DNA of 64,000 nucleotides, from assembly GCA_963710365.1 (NCBI GenBank), contig CAVQAC010000019.1, positions 552,969 through 616,968 of the forward strand, given 5' to 3'. The notes under the pieces were generated by a model. It made no database searches. It saw only the letters and a list, made by a program, of their open reading frames with translations, and was not told the origin of the DNA. Position numbers and translations under genes: made by a program. Below are positions 37,704-46,804 of this stretch, piece after piece (position 1 is the first letter of the stretch; the number at the start of each line of letters is the position of its first letter). The DNA comes from an uncultured Planctomycetales bacterium. GTDB lineage: Bacteria > Planctomycetota > Planctomycetia > Pirellulales > PNKZ01.

Positions 37704-39380
37704 CTAGGTGGCACTGCCGATCCAGCCGCGGAGAATGTTGGCCGCGGTATCCGGATCCTCACGAACGATCTCGGCCAATTCTTCGCGCAGATTCGAGCCG
37801 GCTCCCAGCTTCCGCCGCCAGCGCGACTTCGATTTTTGACTGTCCTCCGGCGCCGCATTTCCCGCCTCGACCGGGCTGGCCGCCACGGTTTGCGGCAGAA
37901 TCGACGGCAATTCGGGCGCCGCAGCCACGGGCGCGTTGATCAGCGACCGGAGCATCATCATGCTCACGAGCACCAGGCCGATCGTGCCCAACGTGGTCCA
38001 ATAGTTCCCTAGCCAGGCCACTGCTTTGTCGACGAGCGGCGGCCCCGCGTCTGTTTCGCTAATCACGTGCGAGAACGACGTTACCGTGACCAAGGGCGTA
38101 CCGTTGTCGGTGCCGCCAGCCGGCTGCGGCAACATGTTGGTGACGAACGTCCGCAGCTTCTCGGTTTCCTCTTTCTGAATCACCTCGAGCGCCCCCTTGT
38201 CGGGCGTCTTGGGGGCCTCGCCAACCGGAGTCGGGTTTCGCTGTCTCCAGACCTGCTCGAAATACGTCGAGGGAACGCCGATCACGGCGCTCACGCGCTT
38301 CGGCGTCAGGCCGGCGAGTTCCGTCAGCGTGTGGTCGCGTGAGGGCGCGTTTTGCACTTCGGTCGAGCTTTGGTCTTCGGAGGATTTGGTCCCCCCACCC
38401 CCGCCGGCAAGCCGTGCCGGCTGGTTCGGACCCTGGGCTTCCAGTCCTGGCCGGCCGCCCCCGGCGCCGCCGGGCTCCATCGTATTGGTCGTGGTTTGTT
38501 CGACCGATCTGAGCACGGCCACTTGCTTGGGATCGAACATTTCCCGTTCCTGTTTCGTACTGAGCTCCTTGTTCAACTCGACGTTGGCCGTAACCGTCAC
38601 GCCGGGAACATAACTCAGCGCGTTGTGGATTTGTGCTTCATACATGGCCTGGTACTCTTTCATGCGAGTGACAAAAGGATCTTCTGACGCACTGGCCAGC
38701 CCGTCTCCTGAGCGGCGGCTGTACGTACGACCGTTGAGATCGATGACGCTCACGTCCTCGGGCGACAACCCGGCGAAGGCGCCGGCGACGAGATGCCGGA
38801 TCATCGGCACCTGCCTCTCGTCCAAGGGGAGCATGCCATGGCGCTTGACGCTGACCGAAGCGCTGGCCAGCGAGTTTTGGCGAAAGCCCGTTTTCTTCTG
38901 GACATCGTACTGCACGGCGGCCTTTTCGATGCCGTCCATTGAGAGGATGATGCTGGCCAACTCCTGCTGCTTGGCGGCCTTGATCATCTCTTCTTGCGCT
39001 TGGCGGCTGGTGAACGGGGTGACCTTGCCAATTGCGCCGCTAAGATAGTCGCCGAAGTGGGCTGGCAATGCGCCGTGATCGACCAGGGCCGCCATGTAGG
39101 CCGCCTTCTGTCCGGCCGGAATGCGAATGCGGCTGCCGACGATGGTGTAGCCGTTCAAACCGGCCTTGCCAAAGGCCGCTTCCATGGCCGACATTTCGCC
39201 GGCCGTGAAGGGTTGCCCGCCCAGCAAGTCGGCGTCGCCGCCGGCCATTTGGTGGTTGAACAGATAGGCCAGACTGATGACGACCACGGCCAGCAATAAG
39301 CCGGCGGTCAGCCGTGCTCCGGGCGTCATCGACTTGAAAAGATCGTTGATCTGGGCCAAGGCCTTATTCAGCACATCCAT
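37704..39380 (-). CDS. fliF: flagellar MS-ring protein FliF
   Basis: 558 aa with an N-terminal TM (LTAGLLLAVVVISLAYLF), a YscJ/FliF periplasmic region, a second TM (TLGTIGLVLVSMMMLRSL) and a C-terminal FliG-binding tail. Confidence 0.9.
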   Translation of the reverse strand: MDVLNKALAQINDLFKSMTPGARLTAGLLLAVVVISLAYLFNHQMAGGDADLLGGQPFTAGEMSAMEAAFGKAGLNGYTIVGSRIRIPAGQKAAYMAALVDHGALPAHFGDYLSGAIGKVTPFTSRQAQEEMIKAAKQQELASIILSMDGIEKAAVQYDVQKKTGFRQNSLASASVSVKRHGMLPLDERQVPMIRHLVAGAFAGLSPEDVSVIDLNGRTYSRRSGDGLASASEDPFVTRMKEYQAMYEAQIHNALSYVPGVTVTANVELNKELSTKQEREMFDPKQVAVLRSVEQTTTNTMEPGGAGGGRPGLEAQGPNQPARLAGGGGGTKSSEDQSSTEVQNAPSRDHTLTELAGLTPKRVSAVIGVPSTYFEQVWRQRNPTPVGEAPKTPDKGALEVIQKEETEKLRTFVTNMLPQPAGGTDNGTPLVTVTSFSHVISETDAGPPLVDKAVAWLGNYWTTLGTIGLVLVSMMMLRSLINAPVAAAPELPSILPQTVAASPVEAGNAAPEDSQKSKSRWRRKLGAGSNLREELAEIVREDPDTAANILRGWIGSAT

Positions 39381-39468
39381 CCGTGGAACTCCGCAAGCTC
39401 AGTTGTTTCGCGACGGGCCGCGTCCTGCGGCCGGTGGTCGTATCGACGGTGTCTTCAATTCGGCTGCG

Positions 39469-39777
39469 TCACACGCGAATATCCTGCACGTCCTGGTAAG
39501 CCTGGACCAGCTTATTGCGAACCTGCATCATCATGCGGAACGCCATGTCGGCCTTCTGCACGGCGGTCAGCACTTCGGCCGGGTTGACGTCGCCGCCCGT
39601 GGCAAAGGACTCGACCGCCTGGTTCGCATCCTGCTGCATCGAGTTCACCTGCTGGATCGAATCCAGCAGGAAGTCCTTGAATGAGCCGGCGCTTTGCCCG
39701 CCAATCCCACCGGTCGTGGCGGGTGGCGTGGGCAGTTGCAGGCCGCGAAGCCCTTGAATGGGAGCTGTCATCGTCAT
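39469..39777 (-). CDS. fliE: flagellar hook-basal body complex protein FliE
   Basis: 102 aa. FKDFLLDSIQQVNSMQQDANQAVESFATGGDVNPAEVLTAVQKADMAFRMMMQVRNKLVQAYQDV is the FliE signature. Confidence 0.9.
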   Translation of the reverse strand: MTMTAPIQGLRGLQLPTPPATTGGIGGQSAGSFKDFLLDSIQQVNSMQQDANQAVESFATGGDVNPAEVLTAVQKADMAFRMMMQVRNKLVQAYQDVQDIRV

Positions 39778-39819
39778 TCCTCACCGGGAGAACATACACG
39801 GCAGCGTGTCGTGTGCGAA

Positions 39820-40242
39820 CTACGCTAAAATTCTGAGCGTCTGTTGAAACAAATCTTTGGTGACTTCAATCACGCCGACGTTGGCTTCATAAGACCGCGT
39901 GGCTTCCAAGGCATCGGTGAACTCCGTCATCAAGTTGATGTTGGGATAGGCCACGTACCCCTCGTGCTCGCCTTCCTTGACTGCATCCGGATGGCCAGGC
40001 TGATAGCGCCACCGCGGCTCGGCCTCGGACTGCTCGACCGATTGAACCTTGACGCCGGCAGCTCCCAATGGGCTTTGCAACTGGTCGTCGGTTTGGAAGA
40101 CCACGAAGCGCGGACGATAAGGCTGAGCCTCGCCGGCTTCATTGTGCGTCGTTGAGATGTTGGCCAGGTTGTTGCTGATGGCCGTCATCCGCAGACGTTG
40201 GGCCATTAGTCCGCTGGTGCTGATGTCGAGTGCCGAGAGCAT
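39820..40242 (-). CDS. flgC: flagellar basal-body rod protein FlgC
   Basis: MLSALDISTSGLMAQRLRMTAISNNLANISTT.. with C-terminus YEANVGVIEVTKDLFQQTLRI. The start is set at 40242. Confidence 0.9.
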   Translation of the reverse strand: MLSALDISTSGLMAQRLRMTAISNNLANISTTHNEAGEAQPYRPRFVVFQTDDQLQSPLGAAGVKVQSVEQSEAEPRWRYQPGHPDAVKEGEHEGYVAYPNINLMTEFTDALEATRSYEANVGVIEVTKDLFQQTLRILA

Positions 40243-40299
40243 TGCGATAAATCCTTTATTTCCCCCTGCAATCTTCCGCCTCACCTGCCGATACTTGGG

Positions 40300-40716
40300 T
40301 TACGCTTTTTCACTGATCGCCGATTCCAATAACTGGAACTGATTGTTGAGCACGCTCATCGCCATATTGTGCTGCATCTGGTTCTTGGCCAGTTGGGTGA
40401 CTTGTTGTTCGACGCTCACATTGCAGTCGTCGTGGCGGAGAATCGCTTTCAAACTATCCCGGACGCTGGAAAACTTGCGATCGCCAAGGCTGATGCGGCC
40501 CATGGCCAGCCCTCCACCCTGCGGATCGCGACGACCGGCATCGATGGCTTTGCGAAGTTGGCTCTGGAACACGTCCGTGTTCAAGTCCTGCGTTTGATAA
40601 CCAGGCGTATCCATATTGGCGATATTCCCGGACAGGACTTCGTGCCGGGCCTGGGCAAAGTTGACCACCTGCTCCAGAACCGGAATTGTCGTGCCGTTAA
40701 AGAGTGCTGACAGCAT
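40300..40716 (-). CDS. flgB: flagellar basal-body rod protein FlgB
   Basis: LEQVVNFAQARHEVLSGNIANMDTPGYQTQDL with C-terminus MQHNMAMSVLNNQFQLLESAI. It is the first gene of the cluster. Confidence 0.9.
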   Translation of the reverse strand: MLSALFNGTTIPVLEQVVNFAQARHEVLSGNIANMDTPGYQTQDLNTDVFQSQLRKAIDAGRRDPQGGGLAMGRISLGDRKFSSVRDSLKAILRHDDCNVSVEQQVTQLAKNQMQHNMAMSVLNNQFQLLESAISEKA

Positions 40717-40754
40717 GTTTCAAGCCCTTTCTCCAGTGGATGCTCCGAATTCGA

Positions 40755-40770
40755 TGCAATTGGTATGCCG
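40755..40770 (-). promoter_or_regulatory. sigma-54 (-24/-12) promoter of the flgB operon
   Basis: The minus strand reads cGGCATaccaaTTGCAtcg, i.e. GG-N10-GC with a TTGCA -12 box. It ends about 40 nt upstream of the flgB ATG (40716), and a sigma-54 enhancer-binding protein gene is immediately upstream. Confidence 0.6.
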
Positions 40771-40994
40771 CCGGTCCGCGAGAACCACGGCTCCATCCGT
40801 TGTGCGACGCAGACGCCCATCGGCAAACCCGCGAGCGTCAAAGGGGTTAGCCGTCCGCCACTCGGCCTTCGGCCCCCTGCGAAACCGCTTCGTGGCGACG
40901 TCGATCGGTCTGCATCGCGCAGAATCTGCTGCTGGCAATCGGCAGATTTTGCCGATGGCGATCGAGTTCGTTCGTGGCTGTGAATGCATACGGT

Positions 40995-42434
40995 TCATCC
41001 GGCTCTTGCCAATTTCCTCGCCCGCGGGGCATAGCCATATTCTTTGAGCTTACCCGAGAGCGTTCGTAGACCGATGCCCAGCGCTTCGGCCGTCTTGGCG
41101 CGATGCCCTTCGAAGTGGTCCAACGTCGATTCGATCAGCTTCCGCTCCATGTCGTGCAGACTCAGGCCGACGGGCAAGTCTTCGGACGTTGTAATCGAAT
41201 CGCTGCCGGGCGCCGCAATCAACCAGGGCCGCAATTCATCGGCCGAGATCGGACCGTCACCGCCCAGCACGCTTGCCCGCGTTACGATGTTCTGCAATTC
41301 GCGGACGTTCCCCGGCCAGTAATAACCCAACAGCAAGTCGTCGGCGCCCGGTTCGAGCCTGGCCGGCTCGCGGTGCAGGCGCGCGGCCGAGCAGGTTAAG
41401 AAATAATCGACCAGCTCGGGAATATCTTCGCGACGCTCGCGCAGCGGCGGCACTTCGAGCGGAATTACCGCCAGGCGATAGAACAGGTCTTCACGGAATC
41501 TACCGACGGCGACTTCCTGGCGTAGATTTCGGTTGGTCGTGGCCAGGACGCGCACGTCGACGTGCCGCGTCTCGCTCGAGCCGACGCGTTCGAAGCTTTT
41601 TTCCTGCAAGACCCGCAGCAGCTTGGCCTGCAATGCCAGATCGATCTCGGTGACTTCGTCCAATAGAATCGTGCCACCGTCGGCAAGTTCAAAGCGCCCG
41701 GTCCGCGAAGCATCAGCGCCGGTGAAAGCGCCACGCTCGTGTCCGAACAGTTCGCTTTCCAACAGGTGCGCTGAAAGGGCGGGACAGTTCAACCCGATCA
41801 GCGGCGCGCCGGCCCGGGTGCTGGCCGCATGCACGGCCTGGGCCACCAGCTCTTTGCCCGTGCCGCTTTCGCCCGTGATCAGCATGGTTTCGCCGGTCGG
41901 GGCGGCTCGGGAGATACGATTTCGCAAGGCCTGCATCGCCGACCCGGAACCGATCATCACCGGCGAAGCCCCCGCCCCCGCGTGCTCGGCGGCCGGCAAC
42001 GGCCGGTTGTGGTCGAGCAGCCGCCCATGGGCCACGGCTCGCTCCACGAGTTGTTCGAGCCGATCGGCGGCAAATGGTTTTTCGATGTAGTCGAAGGCTC
42101 CGTGCCGCATCGCTTCGACGGCCGAGCCCACGCTGGCGTAAGCCGTGACCATGACGACCTGGGCCCCATGCTGACGCCGCTCCAGTTCGCGGATGAATTC
42201 CAGCCCGCTCATGCCGGGCATTTGCAGATCGGTGAGCACGACGTCGACGCCCTGCTCGGCGAGATACTGCAGGGCTTCCACGGCGCTGGACAGGCTTTCG
42301 ACGTGATGCCCTGCATGACGCAGGATATCGGCCATCGAATCGCGCGCCTGGCGGTGATCGTCAACAACGAGAATCCGGCCTTGAGCCGAGACACTGGTGA
42401 TGGTTGCGCAGGTGGTCCGCGATTTGGTGCTCAT
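40995..42434 (-). CDS. sigma-54-dependent response regulator (FleR/FlrC/FlbD-type: REC + AAA+ + Fis HTH)
   Basis: Start MSTKSRTT.. (42434). REC domain RILVVDDH...VVLTDLQMPGMSG. AAA+ domain with GESGTGKE, the GAFTGA loop (ERGAFTGA) and GTILLDEV. The C-terminal HTH is AKTAEALGIGLRTLSGKLKEYG. Confidence 0.9.
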   Translation of the reverse strand: MSTKSRTTCATITSVSAQGRILVVDDHRQARDSMADILRHAGHHVESLSSAVEALQYLAEQGVDVVLTDLQMPGMSGLEFIRELERRQHGAQVVMVTAYASVGSAVEAMRHGAFDYIEKPFAADRLEQLVERAVAHGRLLDHNRPLPAAEHAGAGASPVMIGSGSAMQALRNRISRAAPTGETMLITGESGTGKELVAQAVHAASTRAGAPLIGLNCPALSAHLLESELFGHERGAFTGADASRTGRFELADGGTILLDEVTEIDLALQAKLLRVLQEKSFERVGSSETRHVDVRVLATTNRNLRQEVAVGRFREDLFYRLAVIPLEVPPLRERREDIPELVDYFLTCSAARLHREPARLEPGADDLLLGYYWPGNVRELQNIVTRASVLGGDGPISADELRPWLIAAPGSDSITTSEDLPVGLSLHDMERKLIESTLDHFEGHRAKTAEALGIGLRTLSGKLKEYGYAPRARKLARAG

Positions 42435-43293
42435 GCGGCAGCCTCCAGGCGCTGCGCGGGATACGGATCGTGAACGCGGCCCCGCCTTCAGGACAGTTCG
42501 TGGCGAGCACTTCGCCGCCGTGTACTTCGGCCACGCGATCGACGATGGCCAGGCCCAACCCGGTGCCCGTGCTCTTGGTCGTGAAGAACGGCTCGAAAGC
42601 CCGGCGGGAAACTTCATCGGACAATCCGGGGCCGGTATCGGCAATTTCCAATTCGACGGCCTCAGGCCCGGCATAGGCAGTGAACACCAACTGACCACCG
42701 TCGGGCATGGCGTCAATGGCGTTCAAGGCCAGATTGAGCACGGCCCGCCGCAGCATCTCGCGGTCGGCCAGGGCTTCGAGTTGACCGGCGATGTTGATTT
42801 CCACCTCAATGCCCTGCGCGGCCAGTTGCGGCGCCAGCGAAGAACGCACGTCGTCGATCAACTGGCGAAGCGGGAGGCGGACCAGGTGCGGGTCGCGTTC
42901 GGCGGTAAAGTGCAGCAGATCGTTGACCGTCGTATCCAGCCCCATCACGCCGGCCTCGACCTTATCCAGAACTTCGCAACTGCCGGAGTCTTCGGAGATC
43001 CGCCGCCGTAGCAGGCTCAGATACAGCGAGACCGGCACGAGATTGTTGCGTACTTCGTGAGCGATGTGCGAGGCGATCTGGCCCAGGTCAGCCAGACGAT
43101 TCTTGCGAGCCAGCTCGCGATTCTTGATTTCCAATTCGTCGGTCAGACGCCGAACCTCTTCGCGCAACGCGGAGTGCGTCTGCTCCAGACGAACGGTGGC
43201 GCCGTGCCAGGCAGCCAACACGGTTTCCAGGTCGGTTTCGTCGGCCTGACACATGCCTGTAGAGAAGATGTCGTCTTGCATGGCTTGCCTCAT
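42361..43293 (-). CDS. cytoplasmic sensor histidine kinase (FleS-like); true stop probably at 42431
   Basis: H-box LGQIASHIAHEVRNNL, N-box LNLALNAIDAM, G1 DTGPGL, G2 STGTGLGLAIV. The start MRQAMQ (43293) forms an ATGA overlap with the upstream stop. The listed tail (WRLPHEHQIADHLRNHHQCLG..) looks like read-through. A 1-nt shift gives ..IPAQRLEAAA and a stop in an ATGA overlap with the regulator start. Confidence 0.85.
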   Translation of the reverse strand: MRQAMQDDIFSTGMCQADETDLETVLAAWHGATVRLEQTHSALREEVRRLTDELEIKNRELARKNRLADLGQIASHIAHEVRNNLVPVSLYLSLLRRRISEDSGSCEVLDKVEAGVMGLDTTVNDLLHFTAERDPHLVRLPLRQLIDDVRSSLAPQLAAQGIEVEINIAGQLEALADREMLRRAVLNLALNAIDAMPDGGQLVFTAYAGPEAVELEIADTGPGLSDEVSRRAFEPFFTTKSTGTGLGLAIVDRVAEVHGGEVLATNCPEGGAAFTIRIPRSAWRLPHEHQIADHLRNHHQCLGSRPDSRC

Positions 43294-43745
43294 GACTGAC
43301 TGGAGATATCGAGATGCCCGTGAGGGCGGCATGGATCGGACAAATAGGCCCCGCGGGCCTGGCTGGCCGAGTGGGCGGTTCGCAGCCGGACCGCGACTTC
43401 GTCGCGGCGCTCGATCAACCGGTTTTCGCTGCGCTTCTCTTGTCGCATGACCTCGCGGAACAACTCCTGGCCGCGCTCGATCAACTCAGCACAACGGGCC
43501 CGCGCGGCCGGGCTGGCCCAGAGTCGCTCTTCGGGCTTCTGGTCGCGAAATGGATTCAACGCACCCTCGATTTCTTGCAGTCGAGTGATCAGCACTTGCT
43601 TGGCCGAAAGGAGCTTGATCAATTGGGTCACATCGCCCGAGTCGACGAGTTGGAACTGCTGGCGCCCCAATTCGTGAAGTTGGACCAGGCAGTCGAACTT
43701 GCGACTCATCAGTTCCGTGAGCAGGTGCGTATCCAGAACCGTCAT
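43290..43745 (-). CDS. FlgN-like flagellar chaperone (putative)
   Basis: 151 aa, all-helical. The pattern LLTELMSRKFDCLVQLHELGRQQFQLVDSGDVTQLIKLLSAKQVLITRLQEIE resembles FlgN-family N-terminal heptads. Its flagellar context supports the call. Confidence 0.45.
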   Translation of the reverse strand: MTVLDTHLLTELMSRKFDCLVQLHELGRQQFQLVDSGDVTQLIKLLSAKQVLITRLQEIEGALNPFRDQKPEERLWASPAARARCAELIERGQELFREVMRQEKRSENRLIERRDEVAVRLRTAHSASQARGAYLSDPCRPHGHLDISSQS

Positions 43746-43830
43746 GGGGTCTCGGGCGCTCGTGCGATGGTTGAGAGGTACATGCCCTGCAAGCAGGGCA
43801 ACTGGCGTCCGCTATCCAATACTCTTGAGT

Positions 43831-46284
43831 TCACAACGTGGTCAATGAATCGAGGTAGTCTGCCCACTGCTGACGCGTATAGTTGGTTGCCGCGTTGAAA
43901 TCGGACTTTTCCGGCAGATGATCCAACGCCACCCGAGCAAGCTGCAAGGCGCTGCGGGCTTCGTCCGTCCGATTCAGCCGGCGGTAGCAATTGAAGATTT
44001 CGACGTAGGCTTCGAGCACCTCGGGCAGGCCCTGGTAACGATTGATGATCGCCAAATAGGCTTGGATTGCCGGCTCGTAGCGTCCTAACTTGAACAGCAC
44101 GGCGCCGCGGCCAAAATAGCTGTTGCGTAACATGCCGCGTTGCCAGGGCGGCAGCGGCGAATCGGCTCCCCGGTGCTCGAAAGCTTCCAGCACCTGGTCG
44201 TAGTAACCCAAGGCATCGTCCAGCGCATCCTTGACGCGACGCTCCCGCTCCGCTTCGGTAATGCCACCCTGGGCGCTCTCGGCCGCCAGCGCGGATTTCC
44301 AATAGGACTGAGCCAGCATGTAGCGGGCTTCGAGGGCCTGCGGATCGCGCGGATAACGCGTGACGGCCTCTTCCAGTCGATTGACGGCCTCGTTGTGGCG
44401 TCCGGCTTCGTACAACAACCGGCCCAAGGCAAACAGCGATTCTCGCCATTCCTGGCTGGCGGGCGTGAGATAGTCGCTATCCAGGTTCTCGTGCAGGCAA
44501 GCCTCGGCACGGCTGATTTGGCCGCGCTCCAGATGGGCTTCGGAAGCCAGCAGCCGGGCTTGAAACGAAGCCACGCTCGTGGGATCCAGGTCGATGCACT
44601 CTTGCATGATCGCCAGGGCTTCTTGCGTTTCGCCCCGCGCGACCAACGATTGCCCCAGGCCCAGCAAGGCCAGCGGTCGCCGATTGCGAGATTCGAGCGA
44701 CATGTACTCGCGGAACTCGTGAGCGGCGGCCGGATAATCGCGGGCGGCCAGCAAGGCCTGGGCCGCTTCCCAGATGAATTCGGGATACTCGCGCGTCGTG
44801 TAGTGCAACTTGCCCAACTCGCGATAGGCGTCGCCGGCCAGCCCCCAATGCACGCGGCGCCTCGCGTTCGATCGGCTCGGCTTCCGAGTCGGGCGTTTGC
44901 GAGGCCTGCTCGTCCAGTCGGCGAGCCCAAGCTCCGTGCGTTTGCGCCAACAACTCCCAGCGACGGCCGACGTCGAGCAGCGATTCGCAGACTTTGGTCA
45001 ATTCCAACACGGCGGCGAATTGCCGGACGCTGATCAGCCGCTGCAACTCGGTCGAAAGCCTGGCCCGGGCGGAGCTCATTGCCAGCCAGCGATTCTTGGC
45101 ATTCGGTTTGGCCTCCCAGGCCTTGACATAGTCTCGGTAGGCGTCGAGCGCCTCGTCGTTCTGTCCGGCGCGACTGAAGAACTCAGCCGCTTCATAAGCC
45201 GCCGCCGCGCATTCCGGCGTGTTCGGAAACAGTTTCCGCACGCGTTCGAATTGAGCCTGCGCCGCCTGGCCATCTCGCATGGCGCGGTAGCAGATCGCCA
45301 TTAGATAGGCGCTGCTGGCTGCCGACTGCTCAGCCGCGGGATCGAGCCGTTGGCTGGCGGTAAAGGCCTTGAGCGCTTCCTGGTACTTTTCCTGCGCGGC
45401 CGCCGGCAACGGCTGATCGGCCGTGGTGGGCTGCTTGTCGAGCGCTGCGGCCTGCGCCATCAGGATTCGGCCACGCCAGAATTCCGCGTCCGACGGCCGA
45501 TGCGTTTTCGCATGCCGGGCCAGCGCCGCCAGGGCACCGGACCAATCGCTCATCTGAAATCGGATGCGCGTCTCGAGCAGCAGCGCTTCGTCGCGTTGCT
45601 CGGGAGTCAGGCTGGCATCGGCCAGGAAGGCGGTAACGTGCTGCAGCGCCTGCGGATAATCGGCCGATTCTTCATTCGATTCGACCAGCGCCAACAACCA
45701 GTTGGCTTCGGCCCGGTGGTCCCCGTCGAACCGCAGCGAGTCTTCCAGGTAAGGCCGGCAGGCGGCCTCTTGGCCGCTGGAAAACATGGTCTTACCGAGC
45801 AGAAACAAGCCGTTCCCGCGCGTCTCGTCCGAAAAGCCTGCATCGCGAGCACGCTTCAGCGACGCCGCCGCCAACGTGTACAACTCGACCTTGTCGGGGC
45901 CTTCCAACGGTTCGGCTTCGTGAATGGCCACCTGGCCAAGGATATACGGCGGCCAGAAACGTTGCGACCTTGGCAGCCGATTGCCTTGGCCCAAGACCAT
46001 CGCGATGCGACGGGCGCGTTCGTAATCGCCCTGCTCGATGGCTTGACGCGCTTCATTGATTGTCGGCAATGCCCGGGCCACGGGGTGCGGCGCTTGCCCA
46101 GCGTCCACAGTCCTATGCCGGCCACCAGCGGCACCGTCATCGCCGCCACGGCCAGCAGGACGGCCATCTTCCACCGTCCGCGCCGCGGGGATGGCTTCCC
46201 CACGCTGCCGGCGACGGTCTGCAAGCGCGCTAGCCAACCGGCCGAGGGCTTGTTCGACGGCTTTGAAGATGGCGTTTGTGACAT
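43831..46284 (-). pseudogene. large membrane-anchored TPR-repeat protein, two frame breaks (about 46085 and 44842-44846)
   Basis: N-terminus MSQTPSSKP...MAVLLAVAAMTVPLVAGIGLW (TM). This is followed by more than 700 aa of TPR-like repeats (e.g. AYLMAICYRAMRDGQAAQAQFERV, GRYEPAIQAYLAIINRY). The second break lies in a C5 run: ..EREAPRALG / LAGDAYRELGKLHY. Confidence 0.7.
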
Positions 46285-46549
46285 GGGCGGCAACCGCGCA
46301 GCACGCAAGAAACCGGAAGTGAGCGACAGACCCAGGGTCCGCGAGGCTGCCTGGACAGCTTCTTCGGAACCACAACCCGTGTACGGTCCGATTCCTCCCG
46401 CTCGATTTATGAAACCAGAATGGTTCCATCACCAGTGCGGGCTGATGAGTACGAAAAGAGGAGGAAAGGCGGCGAACTTGTACTCGAAAGAAGTCACGGG
46501 TGTCAATGCGCGTTTAGCCGCCGTGATTCGCTGAACACTGAACGGAATC

Positions 46550-46693
46550 GAACAGAAGGTCGCGAAGAGCGCGAAGGAAGGAATAAGAAATCGAGGCGAG
46601 ATGAAACGGGCGAACAGCAACAGGTCGCTGGCGCGCGAGCGCAAGCATCCGATGCTATTGGTCTTTCTTCGCGTCCTTGGCGTCCTTCTGTTC
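46550..46693. repeat. about 32-nt imperfect inverted repeat with about 78-nt spacer in a 520-nt intergenic region
   Basis: 46550-46581 GAACAGAAGGTCGCGAAGAGCGCGAAGGAAGG pairs with 46660-46693 (reverse complement GAACAGAAGGACGCCAAGGACGCGAAGAAAGACC). Confidence 0.6.
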
Positions 46694-46804
46694 CAGGAGC
46701 GCCTCGATGGAATCCGCAATCAGATGCCAGGCCGCAATCATGCCCACGCAAGCGTGGAGCATGGCATCCAAGCGAGCTAGCGGCGGCGACCTTCGCGAGC
46801 ATCG

